DNA of 42,839 nucleotides from Kiritimatiellia bacterium (GTDB lineage Bacteria; Verrucomicrobiota; Kiritimatiellia; UBA8416; SLMC01): NCBI GenBank assembly GCA_007134465.1, contig SLKS01000064.1, positions 1 to 42,839 of the forward strand, read 5' to 3'. Shown piece by piece: positions 27,040 to 35,301 of this stretch (position 1 is its first letter; each line of letters starts with the position of its first letter). The notes under the pieces were generated by a model. It saw only the letters and a program-made list of their open reading frames with translations, ran no database searches and was not told where the DNA came from. The position numbers and the translations under genes were made by a program.

Positions 27040-28155
27040 ATGAAGATTCGCAGCTACAAGGGTACGAGCCTGGAGAAGCTACACGAGGCGATCGCCCGCG
27101 ACTTGGGTCCGCAAGCGATGATCGTGCATCGCGGTCAGGCCGGATTGAGCCGGTTTCTGGGCAAGCCGAGACACGAGCTGATTGCCGTGGCCGACGACGG
27201 GTCGGCGGACGCGCATTTGATCTCGCATGCGTCCGGGGCGCCGGAATGGAAGAAACTGCTGACGGTTCAAGACCGCAAGTTCGAGGCGCTGGAAGCCGCG
27301 CTGGAGAGAGTGGGTCGCGATGTGGAACGGCTGACGGCCTGCGGCGCGGGACGATCCGACGCGGCGATCGCAACGGCAGGCGCAAACCTGCCGGAACCGA
27401 TGCGGTCGTGGGATGCGCGTTTTCTGGAAAAGGTGCGCGGTCAGATTCCCGGTCTGTTCGCCGCCGAGCCGCCGCCCGATCTGGCGGAAGAGCTGGGCGA
27501 ATTCTTTCCGGTCCAGGAATCGTTTCGGGTGGGCGCGGACGGGCGCCGCCCGCGTATCGTGGCGCTGGTCGGCCCGACCGGCAGCGGCAAGACGACCACG
27601 CTGTCGAAGCTGGCGGCCAAATGGAGCCTCGAGGACCATCTGAACGTGGGTGTGATCACGGCCGACACCTACCGGATCGCGGCGGTGGATCAGATTCGCG
27701 AATACGCGACGCTGCTCGGCCTGGAAATGAAGGTGGTCTTCTCGGCCGGCGAAGCGCGCCAAGCGGTGGAATCGTTTCGCGACAAGGACGTCATCCTGGC
27801 GGATACGCCCGGCCGCAATTTTTTCGATCCGGTGGCCATGCGCGGCCTGAAAGGCATACTGCAAGCGATGAGCCCGCTGCGCACGCTCTTGCTGACGCCG
27901 GCCACGCTCGAGCGGCAAACGCTCCGCGCGGTGATTCGCCAGCACGCCCTTCTGGCGCCGGACGCGCTGGTGGTGACCAAAACAGACGAAACGCGCTCCT
28001 ACGACGCGTTTACCGTTCTGGCCGGCGAGACGGACTGTCCGGTCGCCTTTCTGACCAATGGCCAGCGGGTGCCGGAAGACATTCTGCCGGCCACGCGCAA
28101 GGCCATCGCCGAACTTGTGCTGTACGGCATGCGGGAAGAAAGGGCGGCGGCATGA
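27040..28155 (+). CDS. flhF: Flagellar SRP-type GTPase FlhF
   Basis: MKIRSY..DLGPQAMI N-terminus, GPTGSGKTTTLSKLAA, DTYRIAAVDQ, DTPG, TKTDET and GQRVPEDI. Confidence 0.93.
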   Translation: MKIRSYKGTSLEKLHEAIARDLGPQAMIVHRGQAGLSRFLGKPRHELIAVADDGSADAHLISHASGAPEWKKLLTVQDRKFEALEAALERVGRDVERLTACGAGRSDAAIATAGANLPEPMRSWDARFLEKVRGQIPGLFAAEPPPDLAEELGEFFPVQESFRVGADGRRPRIVALVGPTGSGKTTTLSKLAAKWSLEDHLNVGVITADTYRIAAVDQIREYATLLGLEMKVVFSAGEARQAVESFRDKDVILADTPGRNFFDPVAMRGLKGILQAMSPLRTLLLTPATLERQTLRAVIRQHALLAPDALVVTKTDETRSYDAFTVLAGETDCPVAFLTNGQRVPEDILPATRKAIAELVLYGMREERAAA

Positions 28156-29132
28156 CGGAAGGCGAAGATCAGGCGGCCGGCCTGCGGCGCGCAAACGATT
28201 CGCAAACGGCCTTGCTGCCGCGCGGATTGCGCATTGTCGCGGTCAGCAGCGGCAAAGGCGGAGTCGGAAAGACGATGACGTCGATCGGACTGGCCTTTTC
28301 GCTGGCGCGCGCGCAACGCCGGACCTTGCTGATTGACGGAGACGTGGGCATGGCCAACGTGGACATTCAACTGGGCATTGATCCGGAAACGACGTTGCAG
28401 GACGTGGTCTTCGGCAATCGAACGCTGGCCGAGGCGATCGTGACCGTGGAACCGGGGTTGGACGTGCTGCCGTCGCCCTGCGGCGCGCCGGAGATGGCGG
28501 ATCTGGGTCGCGCGCGCCAGCGCCAGTTCGTGGATCAGCTTACGGCGTTTGCGGGCGGCTACGATTTTCTGATCATTGATGTCGGCGCCGGCATTGGCCA
28601 GAACGTGCTGTCGTTTCTGGCGACAGCGCCGGAAACGCTCGTGGTTGTCGCCAACGAGCCCACTTCGATCATGGACGCCTATGCCGTGGTCAAGGCGCTG
28701 CGCCGCCTGCCCGAGCCGCCGCACATCTCGCTGGTGGTCAACATGGTGCGCGATCTTGCCGAGGGCGATGCGCTGGCGGGGCGATTGAACGGGATCGTGA
28801 AACGTTTCCTCGGCGTCGAACTGCCGCTGGCCGGCACAATTGTCTTCGACGAACAGGCGCGGGCCGCCATCCGCGCGCGAAAACCGGTCATGAACTATGC
28901 GCCGCGCTCGCCGTCCGCGCTATGTCTGGCGGAGCTGGGCCGTTCCGTGGCGCACCGCAAGCCGGGCGCCGCGCGCCCGCCGCGCGCCGACGCGGGTCTG
29001 TTCGAAAGCTTGGCCGACATGAAACTGGCCTCGTTCAAAAAGACGGACGCGCCCGCAGCGCCGCCGGCGGCCGGCGGCAATGCCGCTACGCAGCCTGAAA
29101 CACCGTCGCAAACGGAGCGCGAACAGCCATGA
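28152..29132 (+). CDS. flhG: MinD-like flagellar number regulator FlhG/FleN
   Basis: N-terminal DQAAGLR, SGKGGVGKT, DGDVGMANVD and EPTSIMDAYA. Start overlaps the flhF stop (ATGA). Confidence 0.92.
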   Translation: MTEGEDQAAGLRRANDSQTALLPRGLRIVAVSSGKGGVGKTMTSIGLAFSLARAQRRTLLIDGDVGMANVDIQLGIDPETTLQDVVFGNRTLAEAIVTVEPGLDVLPSPCGAPEMADLGRARQRQFVDQLTAFAGGYDFLIIDVGAGIGQNVLSFLATAPETLVVVANEPTSIMDAYAVVKALRRLPEPPHISLVVNMVRDLAEGDALAGRLNGIVKRFLGVELPLAGTIVFDEQARAAIRARKPVMNYAPRSPSALCLAELGRSVAHRKPGAARPPRADAGLFESLADMKLASFKKTDAPAAPPAAGGNAATQPETPSQTEREQP

Positions 29133-29416
29133 GCAAGATTCTGGGCCAACTGGCGGTGGCGATTGGCGGGCTGTTGTTCATTGCGGCCATGACCACCGGT
29201 CTGGTCCGCGGCGTACCGTTGAGCACAACGTTGTTCCGCGCGCTGATCGTCTTCTGCCTTTCCTCCGTGGGCATGGCGCTCTTTTTCCGGTTCTTCTCGA
29301 AAGTGCTGTTCCAGTTCGCCGCCGAACAGATCATGCGCAACCGCGCCGCCAAGGGAACGCGACCGGGCGCGCCCGGCCCGGCGCTGCCGAAAGCCGAGGA
29401 AGGAAAATCTGAATGA
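29129..29416 (+). CDS. Small two-TM hypothetical membrane protein
   Basis: 95 aa with two hydrophobic helices. ATGA overlaps with both flhG and fliA. Confidence 0.7.
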   Translation: MSKILGQLAVAIGGLLFIAAMTTGLVRGVPLSTTLFRALIVFCLSSVGMALFFRFFSKVLFQFAAEQIMRNRAAKGTRPGAPGPALPKAEEGKSE

Positions 29417-30186
29417 GCCCGGAATCTTCCACGTCTCCCATGCCGGCCCTGTGGCAAGCCTACTGGCGCGACCGCGATTCCGCGCAGGCGCTGGAACGGC
29501 TGGTCGAAGCCTGGATGCCGCTGGCGCAACGGGTCATGGAACGGTTCGCCATCCGGCTGCCCGCTCATGTGCAGCGCGACGATTTGTTCCAATGCGCCGT
29601 GCTGGGCCTGTGCCAGGCCGTCGAATCGTTCGATCCGAACAGGAACGGGGCCGCCTTCGAACCGTTCGCCACCCATCGCATTCGCGGGGCCATGCTCGAC
29701 GAGCTGCGCCAGAACGACCGGCTCACCCGCCATGCGCGCGTCCAGCTTCGCGCCGTGGAGAAAACGGCCGAACGCTGGATGCAAGACCATGGCCGCCCGC
29801 CGTCGGAATCGGAACTGGCCCGGGCCGCCAACATGACGACCGAAACGCTGAGCGATTTGCTCGGCCACGCCCAGCCCTGGCTGTCGCTGGATCAGGCGCA
29901 CACCGGCGCGCCCGACGGCCGGTTCGCGCGACTGCAAGACGTCTTGCGCGACGAAAGCGCCCCCACCCCCGACGAACAGGCCGCGCAACAGGAATTGCTG
30001 GCCGCCTTCCGCGCCTGCTTCCGACAACTGGACGAGCGCGAACAGAAAATCCTCTACCTCTACTATTTCGAGGAATTGCGCTTGAGCGAAATCGCGGAAT
30101 TGTATAGCTTGACCGAAGCGCGCATCAGCCAGATCCAATCCATGGCCATCCTGAAACTGCGCGCCATGATGCAGCGAAGAGAATGA
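29413..30186 (+). CDS. fliA: RNA polymerase sigma-28 factor FliA/WhiG
   Basis: RLPAHVQRDDL..GL..FDP, RIRGAMLDELR and LYYFEELRLSEIA..LTEARISQ. Follows flhF-flhG. Confidence 0.93.
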   Translation: MSPESSTSPMPALWQAYWRDRDSAQALERLVEAWMPLAQRVMERFAIRLPAHVQRDDLFQCAVLGLCQAVESFDPNRNGAAFEPFATHRIRGAMLDELRQNDRLTRHARVQLRAVEKTAERWMQDHGRPPSESELARAANMTTETLSDLLGHAQPWLSLDQAHTGAPDGRFARLQDVLRDESAPTPDEQAAQQELLAAFRACFRQLDEREQKILYLYYFEELRLSEIAELYSLTEARISQIQSMAILKLRAMMQRRE

Positions 30187-30528
30187 TGAATGCGGAATGA
30201 TGAATGATGAGGGAAGGGAAGAAGTGAGTGGTAACCAGTGATCAGTGATCCGTGATCAGTTTGTCACTCGCGGGTCGCCGAGGCAAGGCGGGCATGGGCC
30301 GATCCGTCCGACTTGTTTGACTTGTCTGACCTGTCCGACTGTTTCGCTTCCGTCATGGGGAGAAAAGAGGGGAATCGCCCGGCTACGGGGGCGCAAACCG
30401 GCGCGAAGCGCGAAGGCGGGTCACCAAGTCACCAGCGGCAGGGCCGCTGCCGCCGGATGAAACGAGAACCACGAAGAGCGCGAAGAACCAGGAACGAAGC
30501 CGCGCCCTCGTTGAACGAGGAGGAGGCC

Positions 30529-30882
30529 ATGAACGAATCGCTGGACGCATTGGGGCCGGCAGCCTCGGAAAACGTGTATCGGGTCAATCCGATGGATCGC
30601 GACTCGGGCGGCAAAGGGCAAGCGCCGTTCGATTCGTTCACGAACACGGAGGAAGAGGAAGAGAGCGCCCGCAAGCGGCAGGAGCAGCAGGAGCGGCAGG
30701 AGCGGCAGCGCGAAGCCGAGCGGCTGGCGCAGGTCGCGGAGGATCGGCTGATCCTGAGCGGGCAGGCGCTGACGAGCGCGCGCGGCGTTCAGGCCGAGCC
30801 CGCGCCGAACGAGGCGCAGGCGCGCGCAGCGGAAGACGCCGCGCATCCCCCGCACCCCCCCCGCCTGCATTTGCAAGCGTAA
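30529..30882 (+). CDS. Hypothetical charged coiled-coil protein (117 aa)
   Basis: GAGGAGGAGG RBS and E/Q/R-rich helix with an EDRLILS motif. A weak GG-N10-GC candidate (CGGCAGGGCCGCTGCC) lies at 30436-30451. Confidence 0.6.
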   Translation: MNESLDALGPAASENVYRVNPMDRDSGGKGQAPFDSFTNTEEEEESARKRQEQQERQERQREAERLAQVAEDRLILSGQALTSARGVQAEPAPNEAQARAAEDAAHPPHPPRLHLQA

Positions 30883-31130
30883 GCATGTCTGCGCAAGACG
30901 CAATTTCTTCGAGCGACGAGCAACGGAATAGGTTATGGCGGGCTAACGCCCGCAACCCAATTTTATTGTCACCATGAAGGGCATGAAGAGCGTGAAGGAA
31001 GCCGAACGAAAAAAATCATATCTTCATGTCCTTCATGCTCTTCATGGTGCGCATTCCGAAAGATACACGCAAAAGCGCGTATCTTTTTGAAAAAGTCTCT
31101 AAAGGCTCTCTCATAGAAACGTCTCGCTTC

Positions 31131-33329
31131 ATGAACGACACTGCGACATCCCATTGCGCCGCCGCCGGTTCCGAGGTTCTGTTCGCGCGCAATCTGGCGG
31201 CGCTGGCCGAACGGTATCCGGCCTTGCGCAAGCGAGCGCTTTCCTGCGCCGAACGCGACCGAATCGAGGTTCTGTCCACGCCGCAAGGGTTGGCCTATGC
31301 CATACGCGTGGACGACGGCTTGAGGCTGCTGAACGATCCGGCCGGCGATACGGCGCGGCTGCTGCGCAGCTTGGAGGCCGAGTCGGCGGCGCTGGCCAAT
31401 CTGCAAAAACCGGTCTGGCTGGCAGGACTGTCCCCGGGCGACGAGGCGCTGCACCTGTTCGAATATTGCGAACGCCAACCGCAGCCGCATCCGGAACAGC
31501 CGTTGCACGTATGCGCGCAGTCCCTGCCGGTTCTGATCGGGTTTCTGAAAGCGTTCGACGCCCGAGCGCTGCTCACGGCCAAGCGTGTGCGCCTTTTTCT
31601 GGCGGACGAGACGGATGCCGAGATCGCCTGGCTGGAACGGCGCCCCGATTTCCCGCATCAGTTCACGATCGTGAGCGGTCTGCCCGAGGCGGACGTCAAC
31701 GCGCAAACGACGCCGTTACGCGCGCTGGCCGCGCGCCGCGACCGTCAGGGCATGAACGATTGGCAGGAAAACGCGGAGTGGTACCGAAACCTGGACGACC
31801 GGCGGCTGGCCGCCATCCTGGCGGGCGCCGGCGAAGAAGCGCCGCGCCTGCTCATGCCGACCGCCGCCTGCTCGACCGTCACCCAGCACGCCGCGCGGTC
31901 GCTGCAAATCGCCATGACGGAACTGGGCTGGGAGGTGCGCCACCTGAATCCGGACTGGATGATTACCCCGCATTGGCTGATTGGCGAAATCCGCCGCTTC
32001 AAGCCGCACGCGCTGCTGTTCATTGATCATTTGCGCACGGAAGCCTTGCGCGTATATCCGCCCGACCTGCTGTTCGTGACCTGGGTGCAAGACGCCATGC
32101 CGGCGATCAACAGCCCGAGCGCGGCAACGGTTTGGAACGACATGGCTCGGCCGCGGCGGCGCGACTTGCTGGTCGGCTACACGGACCAGCTTCGTCCGTT
32201 CGGCTACCTGCCGGAGCGGCGGCTGCCCTTGCCCATGATCGTGGATCGCGCAACCTTCGCCGGACGCGAAGCGGATGGCGCCGAACCGGGCCCGTTCGCC
32301 TGCGATGTCTGTTTCGCGTCGAACTGCGGCCGCCCGCCCGCCGCCGAACTGGAGCGCAGCATCGGGCCTTCGCTGGCCAAGATCGCGCAGGACAGCGCCG
32401 CGCGGACCGGTTCGCCGTCGCCGCTGTCGGACGCCGACGCGACGGGGCTGGCCCGCATGCTGCACGATCATCTTTGGGCGCGCTATCGCGCCGGACGCAC
32501 ATTCATAACATATGCCGCGCTGGACAGCGAGCTGGCCGAAGCGTCGGCGCCGTTCACGCGCCTGCGCCATTCGCTCGACCCCGAAGGCCGGCATGCGCTG
32601 ACCGAATTTCTGTTCTGGTCCCTGAACGACCCGATCTATCGGCATACCGTTCTCGAATGGCTCGACGAACTGGGCGCGGACATGCGGCTGTACGGCGACG
32701 GCTGGGCGCAGCATCCGCGGTTCCGGCGTTACGCGGCCGGCAAGCTGGCGCATGGCGAGGAGCTGGCGCAAGCCTATCGCGCGGCTCGTTTCAGCCTGCA
32801 TCTGAACGCGGCCGAGGGCGGGCATCAGCGTATCGCCGAAATCCTGGCGTCGGGCGGGCGCGTGCTAACGCGCTACGATGCGAGCCGCATGGCGAACGCA
32901 AGCCCGGAATTGCAGCGCGGCTGGCGCTGGCTGGCACAACGCCTGCGCACCGGCGGCGCGAGCGATGCCGAGGCGTTCCGGCTCGAGACGCTGGACGATT
33001 CGCCCGCCCGCATGGCGCTCGCCGACTGGCTCTTCCAGCAGGCGCTGGCGCTGACGGCAACCGAATCGGATCAGGCTCCCGACCGGCTGGCCGCGCGGCT
33101 GGCTCAACGCGTCGAACAAGGCCTGACCGCCAGGCTCGATGTACTGGCTGCCGATGGCGGGGCAACGCTTTTCAACGACAGAGACTCGTTGACCGCCGCC
33201 CTCGCCGCGCTATCCGGAACGCCCAGTTCGGGCGCCACGTCCCCTGCCGGTTTTGCCCACCATGCGGAAGCGGGTTTTTCCTGTTGTAACGCCAAAGGTT
33301 CCAGAGTAGTCTTTAGGCCGCGAGAATAA
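31131..33329 (+). CDS. Large glycosyltransferase (CgeB/Glyco_trans_1_2-like C-terminal domain, Maf-like N-terminus); candidate flagellin glycosyltransferase
   Basis: N-terminal LFARNLAALAERYPAL and C-terminal DVCFASN..MRLYGDGW..GEELAQAYRAARFSLHLN..HQRIAEILASGG. Lies between fliA and the nonulosonate genes. Confidence 0.65.
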   Translation: MNDTATSHCAAAGSEVLFARNLAALAERYPALRKRALSCAERDRIEVLSTPQGLAYAIRVDDGLRLLNDPAGDTARLLRSLEAESAALANLQKPVWLAGLSPGDEALHLFEYCERQPQPHPEQPLHVCAQSLPVLIGFLKAFDARALLTAKRVRLFLADETDAEIAWLERRPDFPHQFTIVSGLPEADVNAQTTPLRALAARRDRQGMNDWQENAEWYRNLDDRRLAAILAGAGEEAPRLLMPTAACSTVTQHAARSLQIAMTELGWEVRHLNPDWMITPHWLIGEIRRFKPHALLFIDHLRTEALRVYPPDLLFVTWVQDAMPAINSPSAATVWNDMARPRRRDLLVGYTDQLRPFGYLPERRLPLPMIVDRATFAGREADGAEPGPFACDVCFASNCGRPPAAELERSIGPSLAKIAQDSAARTGSPSPLSDADATGLARMLHDHLWARYRAGRTFITYAALDSELAEASAPFTRLRHSLDPEGRHALTEFLFWSLNDPIYRHTVLEWLDELGADMRLYGDGWAQHPRFRRYAAGKLAHGEELAQAYRAARFSLHLNAAEGGHQRIAEILASGGRVLTRYDASRMANASPELQRGWRWLAQRLRTGGASDAEAFRLETLDDSPARMALADWLFQQALALTATESDQAPDRLAARLAQRVEQGLTARLDVLAADGGATLFNDRDSLTAALAALSGTPSSGATSPAGFAHHAEAGFSCCNAKGSRVVFRPRE

Positions 33330-33334
33330 GAAGT

Positions 33335-34576
33335 ATGAATGTTTTTTGCATAGGCGCGGGTATGGAACAAGCGCTCAGCATCGCAGAAGCGAAGCGGGCG
33401 GGGTTCCGGGTTGTCGCGGCGGACGGAAACCCCGATACACCCGGCCTTCGACTGGCGGACGAGGGGCTTGTCCTGGACATTGCCGACGAGGACGCGGTCA
33501 TCCGAGCGGCCCGCAACTGTGCGCCCGCCTTTCTCGTTCCTGCGCCTATCGGTCGGCTGCTGACCACGGTGGGAGCGGTCAATGACGCCCTGGGACTCCC
33601 CGGCATCAGCAGAAAAGCGGCCGAGGCTTGCACCGACAAAACAATCTTCCACGCCATGACGACCGCCCATGGTTTGGCGCGGCCCCGTCAAACGGCGCTC
33701 GTGGCGAAGGATCGAACCGCCTGCAGAAAAGCGATCTTGGACTTTGGCCTTCCCTGCATTGTCAAGCCCCGGCACGGGTCCGGGAAAAGAGGGGTGACTG
33801 CGGTGCGTTGCAAAGAGGATATCGAGATCGCCGCGGATCAGATCCTGGAAACCGGGGGGTCGGGGGAAGACGCGCTGATCGAGGAACTTGTGGAGGGAGC
33901 AGAATACGGCGTGGACGCTGTTATGACGAACGGGCGTTTCATGCCGGTGGCGGTACGCGCAAAAATCCTTACGCCGCTCCCATTCCGCCAGGAAATCGAG
34001 TATTATGCGCCCGCGCCACTTTCGAAGCCATGCCTCGAAGCCTTGACAACGGCTACGGCACGGTGCGCAATGGCTTTGGGAATTGACCATTGCTTCATCA
34101 ATGCCGATGTTATTTTGCGGCATGACGGCACTGCCGTGGTCGTCGAGATCGCGGGTCGGCCGGCCGGGCTCCTGATCATGCACAAGCTGATTCCCGTACT
34201 GACAGGAAGAAACATTCTCGGCGAAGTCATTGCCATGCTGGGCGGAGGCGCGCCCTTCCCGCCGGTCGGCGGGGCGCTGCGGCCAGCCGCATTGCGATTT
34301 CTCTCTTTGCCGCCCGGCATCCTGCAGCGTGTTCCAGAGCCAGCGGACGTACGCGCGCGAGAAGGCATCGTGGCGTATGCTTGCGATTTGGCAACGGGCG
34401 CGCGGATAGAACCCGTCACGTGCTGCGCCGACGTTCTGGCGCGCGGTCATGTCATCGCGACAGGAGGATCGGCGGAACAGGCGCGCGACAGGGCCGCCGC
34501 CATTCTGGATTTATTCACCGTCGCAACAAAGGAGCAGAAAGATGAACGATCAACACCGCGAACAACAAAACCGTAA
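33335..34576 (+). CDS. ATP-grasp domain ligase
   Basis: IGAGMEQ..DGNP, DK, PCIVKPRHGSGKRGV, LIEELVEGAEYGVD and VVEIAGR. Confidence 0.85.
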   Translation: MNVFCIGAGMEQALSIAEAKRAGFRVVAADGNPDTPGLRLADEGLVLDIADEDAVIRAARNCAPAFLVPAPIGRLLTTVGAVNDALGLPGISRKAAEACTDKTIFHAMTTAHGLARPRQTALVAKDRTACRKAILDFGLPCIVKPRHGSGKRGVTAVRCKEDIEIAADQILETGGSGEDALIEELVEGAEYGVDAVMTNGRFMPVAVRAKILTPLPFRQEIEYYAPAPLSKPCLEALTTATARCAMALGIDHCFINADVILRHDGTAVVVEIAGRPAGLLIMHKLIPVLTGRNILGEVIAMLGGGAPFPPVGGALRPAALRFLSLPPGILQRVPEPADVRAREGIVAYACDLATGARIEPVTCCADVLARGHVIATGGSAEQARDRAAAILDLFTVATKEQKDERSTPRTTKP

Positions 34577-35228
34577 AGCCTGGGGCAAAGAGATCGGCAA
34601 ACACCGCTTGCTGTATCCCGACGAGCGTCTGGTCTGCTTTCTGGCCGCCAACTATCCCAACCGTGAAGAAAACGGACAGCGCAACGCTCTCGACATCGGC
34701 TTCGGATCGGGCCGGCACCTGCAATTGCTGATGGACTACGGATTTCAAGCCTACGGCGTGGACTATGCGAAGGAAACCGCCGCCGTGGCGCGCAACGTGC
34801 TGAAAGACAACCCGCTGCTGCGCGACCTGAAAGTCGCCGACATGAAAGACCGACCGTTTTCAGGCATTCAGTTTGATGTCGTTATTGCATGGGGCGTATG
34901 TTTCCTGCGCACACCAGAGGAAACGGCTTGCGATCTTGTTCATCTGCGAAACTCGATGAAAGCGGGCGGGCGGTTGATTGTAAACTTCAGAAACAAGGAG
35001 AGCTGGTTCTGCGGCAAGGGGAAACAAATCGGCCCGAACACGTTTCTGCTCGACGAATCCGCCGGCCCCTATCAAGACATGTGCTACACGTTTCTGGAGC
35101 GGGAGGCGGCACACGACATTTTAACGGCAGCGGGATTCGAGATCGATAATTGCGAGCGCTTGGACCTTTGGAAAAACCATGTTTCCGAACACCATAGCTG
35201 GTGGGTATTTTGGGCTCGCCGAACGTAG
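34542..35228 (+). CDS. Class I SAM-dependent methyltransferase
   Basis: YPDE..ALDIGFGSGRH, GVDY, FDVVIAWG and MKAGG. AAGGAG RBS before ATG 34542. Confidence 0.88.
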   Translation: MNDQHREQQNRKAWGKEIGKHRLLYPDERLVCFLAANYPNREENGQRNALDIGFGSGRHLQLLMDYGFQAYGVDYAKETAAVARNVLKDNPLLRDLKVADMKDRPFSGIQFDVVIAWGVCFLRTPEETACDLVHLRNSMKAGGRLIVNFRNKESWFCGKGKQIGPNTFLLDESAGPYQDMCYTFLEREAAHDILTAAGFEIDNCERLDLWKNHVSEHHSWWVFWARRT

Positions 35229-35301
35229 AACTGTGCCGCATCGGTCCGCCGAACAGAACGCAACGATGCGGCCACCAAGTCAGGCGTGGAGGACAAGGAC
35301 C

